NCBI GenBank assembly: GCA_043809585.1
Contig: JBDROZ010000066.1
Span: 1-44,134, forward strand
Direction: 5' to 3'
Origin: Candidatus Eiseniibacteriota bacterium
GTDB taxonomy: Bacteria; Orphanbacterota; Orphanbacteria; Orphanbacterales; Orphanbacteraceae
DNA length: 44,134 nt
A model generated the notes under the pieces. The model searched no databases, was not told the origin of the DNA, and saw nothing but the letters and a program-made list of their open reading frames with translations. Shown one piece after another: positions 1-8,097 of the stretch. The position numbers and the translations under genes are program-made. The first letter of the stretch is position 1. The number at the start of each line of letters is the position of its first letter.

Positions 1-39
1 CAGGGCAACCAGGATCAGACGTCCCATCCGATCACGCAT
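1..39 (-). CDS. 5' fragment of a gene running off the window (MRDRMGRLILVAL..., probable signal peptide)
   Basis: ATG at 39 with GGAGG RBS at 48-52; basic then hydrophobic N-terminus; sigma70-like promoters upstream. Confidence 0.55.
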   Translation of the reverse strand, partial: MRDRMGRLILVAL

Positions 40-260
40 CTTCTGGCCCTCCTTGTGACGGGTGGCATCCCTGCCCCCTCGAGGTTTCGCGAAACACCAG
101 GAAAGCGGTAAAACGCTTCTCTTGCCGTTCTCCACTTCGAATCCTCCTGTATTTACTGCTCTTAACAAACCCGTGCAATCGACTCATTTTTCTCCGCAAG
201 CACACAAATAGATACGGTCTCTCGATCTCCCCTCCCGGGGCCCGAAAGACGGCAACCATT

Positions 261-1931
261 TCAGCTACAAGAAATTTTCTCGCCTAAGTCCTTGTGCGTC
301 CCTCTTCTCCTTGAAGAACTCACTCTCTGAAAAATCGCGCACACTATGTCATTTGCCCTCGGGCATGTCAATAAAAAAAGCCCGCCGCCGGCTACGGCCC
401 TACATTCGGCGCCTTCCGCAAAACATTGAGGTTTTTTTTCGCTTTTTCGCCGGTTCGGCGGGATCCTGTCCATGCGGTTCCGGGCTCCCCTGCGCGAGAG
501 TCGGTTCGGGTCGGTCTCCGCGCGATTCTCCGCAAGTGTTTGGAATACGTGCAATTTCGGCCCCGCCTCCGCTCGGGTGTTAAAACGGAGCAAACCTAGC
601 AAAGGCCCCCTGAGGGTGTCAAGACTTTTTGCCGGCGATTTTTCCGTCTGATTTTCTTGAAGTTGCGGCGCGTCGCCCCCCGCGTCGTCGGGGCATCCGT
701 CATCGTCGCGGACGCCGTCGAAGTCCTCCGGTTCATCGGGACAGAAGTCCTCGACGTCGGGAAGCCCGTCGCCGTCGTTATCGAGGTCGGGTGCGCCGTC
801 GTCGTCCTCGAAGCCATCGTAGTCCTCCGGGTCGTTCGGCGCCTTGTCCCAGTCGTCGGGAACGCCGTCCCGGTCGTTGTCCGGGTCGGGGCAGCCGTCC
901 TCGTCCCGGTAGCCGTCATAGTCCTCCGGCGCGCCCGGACACTCGTCGTACGCATCCTCGACACCGTCGTCGTCCCGGTCCTCCCCGCCGAGCATGCCGG
1001 TCAGGTGGAGGGCGAGGGAGAAGCGCCAATCGGGGAAGAGCAGCTCCGGGGCCTCCAGGGCCATCGTCGTAGGATCGTCCCGGGAGAGGTTGAACGCGCC
1101 GTGAGCGGAGAGATGCCACCCCCTCCTGAGCCGCACCCTCACCCCGGGAATCACCTCCCGGGGGGCCTCGCGGGCGGAGAGCTGATCCGTCCCGGGGAAG
1201 CGGTCCGCGACGATCTCCGCCATCAGATCGACGCGCCCCTTCGTGAATTCGACGCCCCCCCTCAGGATCCAGGCATCGTTTTCCGTATCGTCCGCGCCGG
1301 GGGGCGTTTTAGGGTAGAAAAGGGGATAAAGAAGGGCCCCCTTCTCGTGATTCTGGTTAAGTCTATATCCTGTATTGAGATGGACTCGAAAACCCTCTCC
1401 GTGCCATGAGAGTCCTAATATTGCGCCCCCGTCGGTGGATTCGGTGGAGAAGCCCTTGTCCGGATTGCCCGTGGGAAGGGTCATGAACCCTTCCACGGAG
1501 GCGGCGAGGCGGCGGTCGAGGGACGGGAGTGCCAGCCGAAGGCCGAGTCGGGCGTCCCCCACGTCGCCCGTGGAGGTCGAGGGAGGCGCCTCCCGGCCTT
1601 CCGCGTCGGCGGGAGTGAACCGAGAGCCCCGGAAGTCGATCGCCGTGTAGAGGTCCGCCCTTCCTCCGAGGAGGCCGTATGCGAAAATGAGACGCCCCGC
1701 GGCCGTCTCCTCACGGTCCGAGACGGGGAGGCCCTCCACGGGCCGGTAGAGGCGATAGTAGCCGAAGCGGAAGTGGATCGCGTATTCCCTGCCGAGAAGG
1801 ACCGAGGCGTCCCGGATCCGGTCGAGCCGGAGACCGCCGAGACGGGGACCGTCCCCCGCGCCCGGGTTCGCCCCCGCCGCCGTGAATCCGGCCAGCAACA
1901 AGAGAAAAGGGACCGCCCCGAGCCGTATCAC
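261..1931 (-). CDS. Secreted/outer-membrane protein: beta-barrel-like N-terminal region plus thrombospondin type-3 (Ca-binding) repeats; 3' end uncertain
   Basis: GTG start overlapping upstream TGA (GTGA); signal peptide; repeats DxDxDGxxDxxDxCPxxPEDxDGxxDxDGCPD at about 684-985; last ~130 codons are atypical. Confidence 0.75.
   Translation of the reverse strand: MIRLGAVPFLLLLAGFTAAGANPGAGDGPRLGGLRLDRIRDASVLLGREYAIHFRFGYYRLYRPVEGLPVSDREETAAGRLIFAYGLLGGRADLYTAIDFRGSRFTPADAEGREAPPSTSTGDVGDARLGLRLALPSLDRRLAASVEGFMTLPTGNPDKGFSTESTDGGAILGLSWHGEGFRVHLNTGYRLNQNHEKGALLYPLFYPKTPPGADDTENDAWILRGGVEFTKGRVDLMAEIVADRFPGTDQLSAREAPREVIPGVRVRLRRGWHLSAHGAFNLSRDDPTTMALEAPELLFPDWRFSLALHLTGMLGGEDRDDDGVEDAYDECPGAPEDYDGYRDEDGCPDPDNDRDGVPDDWDKAPNDPEDYDGFEDDDGAPDLDNDGDGLPDVEDFCPDEPEDFDGVRDDDGCPDDAGGDAPQLQENQTEKSPAKSLDTLRGPLLGLLRFNTRAEAGPKLHVFQTLAENRAETDPNRLSRRGARNRMDRIPPNRRKSEKKPQCFAEGAECRAVAGGGLFLLTCPRANDIVCAIFQRVSSSRRRGTHKDLGEKISCS
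343..371 (-). promoter_or_regulatory. sigma70-type promoter TTGACA-N17-CATAGT with extended -10 TG
   Basis: Reverse complement TTGACA at 371-366, CATAGT at 348-343, in AT-rich DNA. Confidence 0.5.
593..622 (-). promoter_or_regulatory. sigma70-type promoter TTGACA-N18-TAGGTT with TG
   Basis: TTGACA at 622-617, TGC-TAGGTT at 601-593. Confidence 0.45.
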
Positions 1932-2269
1932 CGGTCCTCCGTCCCCTCTTCCGGCGTTCCGGCCCGACCTTCCCCTTTTCTCTCCTCCCCCGCCCCCTTC
2001 GCCGCTTCCAGGGCTTCGACGTAACGAAGACGAAGATCGGAAAGAAGGCGATCGAGGTGCTCCTCTTCCGTCTTGGAGAGATTGTCTTCGGTCTTGACCC
2101 GGATCGTCGCCAGAAAGTCGATGTACGCCTGGGCCTTCACGAGCTCCGGCTCCCTCTCGCCCTCTTCCGGTCCCCCGGCGTCTCCCAAGAAGGTGCGGGC
2201 CGCGCCGTAGAACGAATCGACGAGAGCGAAGAAACGGATGGTGTGGATGTCCGGCTTCGAATCGTCCAT
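1928..2269 (-). CDS. DUF1844 family protein
   Basis: ATG at 2269 after GGAGA; motif AQAYIDFLATIRVKTEDNLSKTEEEHLDRLLSDLRLRYV typical of DUF1844. Confidence 0.8.
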   Translation of the reverse strand: MDDSKPDIHTIRFFALVDSFYGAARTFLGDAGGPEEGEREPELVKAQAYIDFLATIRVKTEDNLSKTEEEHLDRLLSDLRLRYVEALEAAKGAGEERKGEGRAGTPEEGTEDR

Positions 2270-2350
2270 GGGCTTCTCCTTTCCGATCGAGAATGCCCGC
2301 GCCGCGGAGGCGCGCACCGCCGGGCGGCCCCCTCGGATCGGGGACGGCGC

Positions 2351-2380
2351 AGAGTACCACCCGGCTCGGAGGGGTGTCAA
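2351..2380 (-). promoter_or_regulatory. sigma70-type promoter TTGACA-N18-TACTCT with TG
   Basis: Directly upstream of the DUF1844 gene. Confidence 0.5.
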
Positions 2381-2393
2381 GGAAGGGGAACGC

Positions 2394-2426
2394 AATGAAA
2401 CGCGGCGGCCCCGAAGGGCCGCCGCG
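2394..2426 (-). terminator. Intrinsic terminator of the beta-helix gene
   Basis: 11-bp stem CGCGGCGGCCC/GGGCCGCCGCG, UUCG loop on minus strand, followed by TTTCATT. Confidence 0.7.
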
Positions 2427-2456
2427 CGGGCAGGAGGAACGTCGGCGGAGTTCTTC

Positions 2457-3458
2457 TTACCGGAACTTCCGCTTGATCGCTCCCCACGATTCGCTCTCGG
2501 TCGACGTGAACCCGCAGCCCACCGTTTCGGCGCCGATGAGGCCGCAGTGCTCGTTGCTCACGGCCGGGCTCGACCCGCTCACCGTCACGTCGCAGCCGGC
2601 CGTGTCGCAGAACTCGGGATCGGCGAAGACCTCGTTCGCCCCGAGCACCAGGCTGAGGAAATGGCCGCCCGGATTGCCCCACCAGATGTTGCAGTCCGAG
2701 CCGACCTCGCAGCCGCTATTGTAGTAACCGTAGCCGCCCGTGTTGCCGGCGATGATGTTGTTCGTGAAGGTGACGAAGGAGCTGGCGCTCGTGATCCCCG
2801 CCCCGTAGGTCATGCCGGTCGAGTTGTTGATGATGGTGTTGTTCTCCACCACCGCCGCGTACGCGTAGGCGATGTGGATGCCGCCGCCGCTGATGTCGGC
2901 GTGGTTTCCGCAGATCACGTTCCACCGGATCGTCGGGTTCGAGGTCTGGGTGAAGATGCCCCCCCCCTCGTCCGCGTCGTTCCCAATGATGCGGCAGAAC
3001 TCGATGATCGGCTCGCCCATGTTGTCGGCGTAGATTCCGCCCCCCCGAACACCGGCGTGGTTCCCCTCGATCCAGCAGTTCGAGATGGTCGGCGACGAAC
3101 CCGCCTGGACGCGGACACCGCCGCCGGTCAGGTTGTTCCCGTTCCGAATCGTGAAGCCCTCGAGGCGGGTGCTGGGCGTCGCCCCGACCGGAATGGTCAC
3201 GGTCGTGTAGAGACCGCTCCCGTCGATCACCGTCGAGGCGGGGCCCGCGCCGATCAGCTGCACGCCCTTCTTCATCGCCACGTTCTCGTAGTACGTCCCG
3301 GCGCTCACGGAGACCACGTCCCCCGAGGACGAGGCGTTCACGGCGCCCTGGATCGTCGCGAACGAGCCCGGAACGAAATGAGTGGCCCCCTGGGCGGGGA
3401 TCGCGACGGCGAGAACCGCCAGAACCGTGAGGACCAGAGTTCTTTGCCGAATCATCAT
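2457..3458 (-). CDS. Secreted right-handed parallel beta-helix protein with C-terminal SWGxxK motif
   Basis: GGAGG RBS; signal peptide; 'FATIQGAVN..GDVVSVSAGTYYE', repeated GGGI/GN turns; ends TESESWGAIKRKFR. Confidence 0.85.
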   Translation of the reverse strand: MMIRQRTLVLTVLAVLAVAIPAQGATHFVPGSFATIQGAVNASSSGDVVSVSAGTYYENVAMKKGVQLIGAGPASTVIDGSGLYTTVTIPVGATPSTRLEGFTIRNGNNLTGGGVRVQAGSSPTISNCWIEGNHAGVRGGGIYADNMGEPIIEFCRIIGNDADEGGGIFTQTSNPTIRWNVICGNHADISGGGIHIAYAYAAVVENNTIINNSTGMTYGAGITSASSFVTFTNNIIAGNTGGYGYYNSGCEVGSDCNIWWGNPGGHFLSLVLGANEVFADPEFCDTAGCDVTVSGSSPAVSNEHCGLIGAETVGCGFTSTESESWGAIKRKFR

Positions 3459-3630
3459 GATGTCACACCTCCTGCCGGCCGGTCCCCCACCTTCCCTTCG
3501 GCGGATCGGCTCCCAGTCCCTTCTTCGCCCGGTTCCTCTCTCGGGACGCGATTCGCGTCCGACCGGTCATGCCCGACAGGGGGGAGAGCCGGTCCGAGGG
3601 GCCACACGGGCCTGCGCTGCGATCATGGGG

Positions 3631-3646
3631 AGCAAGGGATATGCCA
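3631..3646 (-). promoter_or_regulatory. sigma54 (-24/-12) promoter
   Basis: Reverse complement TGGCAT-ATCCC-TTGCT, exact GG-N10-GC spacing, oriented towards 2457..3458. Confidence 0.65.
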
Positions 3647-3895
3647 GAGAGCGTGGGGAAGACTGATGGAGTAGAGGTGGGCAACTGACTGATATTAATA
3701 CACTAATGGAATCAGAATCCGCCGCCCCCTCCAGAACCCGCCGGAGCATCGCCGGCGGTCGTGCAAAAGTCAGTACGTGCCGTTGAATCCCGCAATGTGT
3801 CGTATCGACACGTCCTTGCAGGACCCGCCGTATCCGCCGACCCGGAGACCACTCTCCGGAGAGGACCGGCGGCGGCGGAATCGCGGGGAGAAATG

Positions 3896-3922
3896 AAAAA
3901 AGCCGGACGGCACCGTCCGGCT
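3896..3922 (-). terminator. Intrinsic terminator after tRNA-Asp
   Basis: AGCCGGACG/CGTCCGGCT stem followed by T-run on minus strand. Confidence 0.75.
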
Positions 3923-3932
3923 CGATCGTTCG

Positions 3933-4009
3933 TGGCGGGGCCGACGGGGCTCGAACCCGCGACCTTCGGCTTGACAGGCCGATGTGCTAACCAACTGCAC
4001 CACGACCCC
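3933..4009 (-). tRNA. tRNA-Asp(GTC)
   Basis: GGGGTCG..TGCAGTTGGTTAGCAC..CT-GTC-AA..GGTTCGAGCCC..CGGCCCC-G-CCA cloverleaf, CCA encoded; TTGACA-N17-TACATT promoter at 4034-4062. Confidence 0.97.
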
Positions 4010-4058
4010 GCACGCTGTTTTCAAGCACTACGAAATGTAGCAGAGGCCCCGGTTTCTG

Positions 4059-5552
4059 TCAACGAGATGCAAGAGGCAAACGCCCTTCGGGGAGTTTTTC
4101 TCCGAGCAGAATCCGAAAGAGGGCCTCCAGGGTGGGCGGCCGGAAATCGAAGGTGAAGAGCCTCTCTTCGGGAAGATCCAACACCGGGTGCGGATCGAGA
4201 AGGGCGACCACGATCCGCCGGCCGGGGCGGCGGGCCGCCTCGGCCAGCATGCGCCGTTGTCCCTCGGGGAGATCCCCCCGGGTAAGCGTCCCGAGAACGA
4301 GGGTCTCCGTCGCGGGGACACGGGCGAGGGCCCTCCGGCGGGCCGGAGCGTCCGGATCGAAGGGAATCGGGATGACGCGGCGGCGGAGGAAAGACTCTCC
4401 CCAGGGGGCGACGGCGACCCGGAGGCCGACGGGGAGGGAAAGGCGGCCGCCGAGGCGGGCGGGGACGAGCATGCGCCACCCCCCCGCTCCCGGAGGGCGC
4501 CAACGGCCCCGGCCGAGGCGGACGATCCCCTCCCACGGGCGTTCCGGCGGAGGGGGGGCCTCCCTCGACTTCCGGGGGCGGCCCCGGAGGAGCGTTTCGA
4601 CGCGGGCGGCGCTCTCCTCCGCTCTCCTCTCCGCCCGGCGGTCCCCGCGGATCGAACGGGCGAGGCGCCGCGCCACCCGGACCCCCTGGGCGAGGGAGCG
4701 GGCGGCGCAGAAGAGATCGATCCCGGCGGCGAGGGCGGCGGGGACCGCCTCCTCGCCGGGGAAACCCTCCATCTCGAGAGCGTCGGAGAGAACGACCCCG
4801 CCGAAGCCGAGGCGGCTTCGAAGAAACCCCTCGATCACCTCCGGCGAGAGAGACGCGGGACGGGACCCGGTGCCGAGCCCGGGGTAGGCGACGTGGGCGA
4901 TCATGACGGCGGGGAGCCCCGCGGCGATCGCCGCCCGGGAGGGGGCCGAAGCGGCGGCGAGCATCTCCCGGCGGGACCGGCGGTCGACCGGGAGCCCGAC
5001 GTGGGAATCGGCCCGCACCCCGCCGTGATCGGGGAAGTGCTTCCCCACGGGGATCGCCCCTCCCGAGAGCGAGCCCCGAACCGCCGCGGCGCCGAGCCGG
5101 GCGATGAGCCCCGGGCCGCCGCCGAAAGAACGGGTGCCGATCACCCGGCTTCCGGCGCGGGCCTGGACGTCGAGCACCGGGGCGAGGACCATGTCCACTC
5201 CGAGGGCGCGGAGACGGGAGGCCTGGGAGCGGGCCCACGCCTCCACGGCCCCCTCATCCCGGCGGGCCCCGAGATGCATCGGCGAGGGGGCGCTGCCGAT
5301 CACCGCCGAAGCCACGGAGATGATGCCCCCCTCCTGATCGGCGGCGACGAGCATGGGCGCTCCGGCCCGCGCACGGGCCCCGGCGACGAGGGCGATCGTC
5401 TCCTCCCGGCTCCGGAAGCTCCGCCGGAAGAGGATCAAGTGTCCCACCCTCCCCTCGTCCAGAATGCGCCCCTCCCCCTCCGAGAGGGCCGCCCCCGCCG
5501 GGGCGGCCATGACGAGGCGGGAGGCGAGGCGGTCGGCGCCGTCGGGCTTCAT
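4059..5552 (-). CDS. nagZ: Beta-N-acetylhexosaminidase, GH3
   Basis: ADQEGG, APVLDV, RSFG, KHFPDHG..DSH, SDALEM motifs; ATGA overlap with upstream gene. Confidence 0.85.
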   Translation of the reverse strand: MKPDGADRLASRLVMAAPAGAALSEGEGRILDEGRVGHLILFRRSFRSREETIALVAGARARAGAPMLVAADQEGGIISVASAVIGSAPSPMHLGARRDEGAVEAWARSQASRLRALGVDMVLAPVLDVQARAGSRVIGTRSFGGGPGLIARLGAAAVRGSLSGGAIPVGKHFPDHGGVRADSHVGLPVDRRSRREMLAAASAPSRAAIAAGLPAVMIAHVAYPGLGTGSRPASLSPEVIEGFLRSRLGFGGVVLSDALEMEGFPGEEAVPAALAAGIDLFCAARSLAQGVRVARRLARSIRGDRRAERRAEESAARVETLLRGRPRKSREAPPPPERPWEGIVRLGRGRWRPPGAGGWRMLVPARLGGRLSLPVGLRVAVAPWGESFLRRRVIPIPFDPDAPARRRALARVPATETLVLGTLTRGDLPEGQRRMLAEAARRPGRRIVVALLDPHPVLDLPEERLFTFDFRPPTLEALFRILLGEKLPEGRLPLASR

Positions 5553-6907
5553 CGCCCACGGTCTCCGGGCCGGGTCTTGACCGTACGGAGACGGACCCCC
5601 GGGTAGTAGTGGCGGAGGATCTCGTCGTACCGGTACCCCTCGTCCGCCATCCCCATCGCCCCCCACTGGCACATCCCGATGCCGTGGCCGAAACCACGCC
5701 CCTCCGCCCTGATTTCGACGACCCGCCCCCCCGATCGCTTGACGTCCAGCGTGAACCAGGTGCTCCGGAGGATGCCGCCGCCGGATCGCCGGAGGACCCA
5801 GCGCACCCGGTCGCCGGCGAGGCGGACCTCGGCGTGCTCTCCTTCGAAGAGCGTGCTCTTCACCCTTCCCGACCGCCCAACCTCCTCGATCCGGACGTTT
5901 TCGAGCCGTCCGACGCGGGCCGGGTCGACCCCCTGCTCCGCGGCGAGGGCCCGCACGATTTCATCGATCGCCGCCTCGCCGCTCCAGGTCTCGGACCAGG
6001 AGAAATGAGGGGACTTCCGGCAGAAGGCGCGGGATTCGTGGGTCGAGCCGCCCGGGCCGTCTCCCCCCCCCCGGAGGTAGGGCGCCCCTTCCCGGTCGAA
6101 CCAGACCTCACCGAGGTCCGACCGGATCCCGCCGCAGGTCGACGAGTAATAGGTGCGAAGAAATTCGCCGCCGTAGGTGGCCACGACCCCCGCCGTCTCC
6201 CGGATCGCCCGGTCGACCACGGGGTCGGTCCTCGTGAGCCCCATGTAGACCTGGTCGCTCTCGGTGGCCACCAGGTCCCACCCCTCCCCCCCGCCGCCGA
6301 TCCGTGTGAGGGCGTAGGTGCGGGCGGCCACCGCCTGGGCCTCGAGCGCCTCGATCCTCTCCTCGGGAAGCCACCCGATCTCCCAGGGGACCACGCCCCG
6401 GAGATACTCCTCGAGGCCGATGACGTTCACCGCGGTGAGGCCCTTCGGGCCCGGCCGGGCCAGGAGCGCGCCCCCGTAGGGCGTCTCTCCGAGTACGAAG
6501 GTTCCCCCCCGGTTCGGGAGGAGAGTGACCGGTCCCGTGAAGGTCCGGGCGCCGCCCCCCGGATCGGCGGTCAGACGGTCCTCCCCGGCGGCCGCGAACC
6601 GCACGCCCCCCCCGGGGGGCACGGGAATCTCCTCTCCCTCCCCGAGGAGCGCCCCCCCTTCCTTCACGATCACCCCGAGCTCGGGGACATCGATCCGGAG
6701 CGCCACCCGGAGCGGGCCGATCTCCCGCTCCCACTCCGGCGCCCGCTCCGCCTCCCGGCCCGGCCGCTCTTCCCGAGGCCGGCGGTCCGGCCGCTCCGAA
6801 GGGGGAAGGGGAGGCCGCGGGGAGCAGGCGGCGAGGAGAAGAAGGATGAAGGGGAGGGCGAGGGCGATTACGGCCGCGGTTCTTCGAAGAAGGGGAGCGG
6901 GCCTCAT
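5549..6907 (-). CDS. SpoIID/LytB-domain lipoprotein (lytic transglycosylase family)
   Basis: Lipobox LAAC; LEEYLRGVVPWE, EALEAQAVAARTYA, DQVY, GFGHGIGMCQWGA, ILRHYYPG. Confidence 0.9.
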   Translation of the reverse strand: MRPAPLLRRTAAVIALALPFILLLLAACSPRPPLPPSERPDRRPREERPGREAERAPEWEREIGPLRVALRIDVPELGVIVKEGGALLGEGEEIPVPPGGGVRFAAAGEDRLTADPGGGARTFTGPVTLLPNRGGTFVLGETPYGGALLARPGPKGLTAVNVIGLEEYLRGVVPWEIGWLPEERIEALEAQAVAARTYALTRIGGGGEGWDLVATESDQVYMGLTRTDPVVDRAIRETAGVVATYGGEFLRTYYSSTCGGIRSDLGEVWFDREGAPYLRGGGDGPGGSTHESRAFCRKSPHFSWSETWSGEAAIDEIVRALAAEQGVDPARVGRLENVRIEEVGRSGRVKSTLFEGEHAEVRLAGDRVRWVLRRSGGGILRSTWFTLDVKRSGGRVVEIRAEGRGFGHGIGMCQWGAMGMADEGYRYDEILRHYYPGVRLRTVKTRPGDRGR

Positions 6908-8097
6908 CGGCTGATCCCTCCCCCCGCCGGGGAAATCCGATAGGGGCGGGGTCCCGGAGCAAGGACGCCGAGAGGGGCGACCCCGCGGGCTCCCGTGATC
7001 CGTTCCATGTCATAGTGCCGGCCGTCCATGAACTCCACGGCGAGAAGGGCGAAGCCGACCGCCTCCCGGGCGTCCGCCGGAATCCCGAGGTCGTCGACGG
7101 GGAGAAGGGACCGGGGGGCGATCTCCTCTCCGATCATCCGGGCGAGAGTCCTGTTCTTCGCTCCGCCTCCGCAAAGGTAGACCACGCCGTCCTCCGGCGC
7201 CCACCGCCGGATCTCCCGGCCCGCGGTGCGGGCGGTGAAGGCGGTCGCCGTCGCGAGCATGTCTTCCGGGCTCCGTCTCCGGCGCGCTCCTTCCGAGAGG
7301 ATGCGGCGGGCCATGTCGTCGCCGAAGGTCGAGGTACCGGTCGACTTCGGTCCCCGCCGCCGGAAGAAGGGATGGCGTTCGAGTTCGCGGAGAAGGGCGC
7401 CGTCCGGGATCCCCCGGGCCGCCATTCGCCCGTCCCGGTCGAAGCGCGCCCGCCCGCCCGTGACGAGAGAGGCGAGGCGGTCGAGGATTCCGTTCCCCGG
7501 CCCCGTGTCGTAGGCCGTGGTATCCTCCCACGCCCCGCCGGCCGGCAGGACCGTCAGGTTCCCGATGCCGCCGAGATTGAGGAGGACCCGCGTCACCCGG
7601 CGGGAACGGAAGAGAAGGTAGTCGGCCAGCGGGAGGAGGGGCGCCCCCTCCCCCCCGGCGGCGATGTCGGCGGATCGGAAGTCGTACACCGTGGGCACGC
7701 CGGTTCTCGCGGCGATCACGGCGCCGCACCCGATCTGCACCGAGGCCCCCTCCCGGCGGGCCGGGCGGTGGAGCAGCGTCTGCCCGTGGCTTCCGATCAG
7801 GTCGACGCGGCCGAGCCCCCCCTCCGGTTCCGCGACCCGGCGGGCGCCTCTCGCGAGGATTTCGCCCATCCTCACGTGGAGCCTCGCCCTCTCCTCGGCC
7901 TCCTTGGGCCCCGGTCCCGCCATGGCGGCCAGCCTCTCCCGGTCGTTCTTCGAGAAGGGGAAGGTGCGGAACGCTTCGAGTTCCACCCGCGCCCGAAGCC
8001 CTCCGCCGCGTACGGAGACGAGGGCCGCGTCGACGCCGTCCATGGAGGTGCCGGAGAGAAGGCCGATGACCCGCCGGGGCTTCGTCGTCGTCGTCAT
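6904..8097 (-). CDS. anmK: Anhydro-N-acetylmuramic acid kinase
   Basis: IGLLSGTSMDGVDAA, GSHGQT, DFRSADIAAGGEGAPL, LNLGGIGN, DTGPGN, CGGGAKN, REAVGFA. Confidence 0.93.
   Translation of the reverse strand: MTTTTKPRRVIGLLSGTSMDGVDAALVSVRGGGLRARVELEAFRTFPFSKNDRERLAAMAGPGPKEAEERARLHVRMGEILARGARRVAEPEGGLGRVDLIGSHGQTLLHRPARREGASVQIGCGAVIAARTGVPTVYDFRSADIAAGGEGAPLLPLADYLLFRSRRVTRVLLNLGGIGNLTVLPAGGAWEDTTAYDTGPGNGILDRLASLVTGGRARFDRDGRMAARGIPDGALLRELERHPFFRRRGPKSTGTSTFGDDMARRILSEGARRRRSPEDMLATATAFTARTAGREIRRWAPEDGVVYLCGGGAKNRTLARMIGEEIAPRSLLPVDDLGIPADAREAVGFALLAVEFMDGRHYDMERITGARGVAPLGVLAPGPRPYRISPAGGGISR

Noticed and set aside
684-985. Regularly repeating GTCGTC-rich DNA resembling an array
   Set aside because: Encodes thrombospondin type-3 repeats; no identical repeat with unique spacers, so not CRISPR
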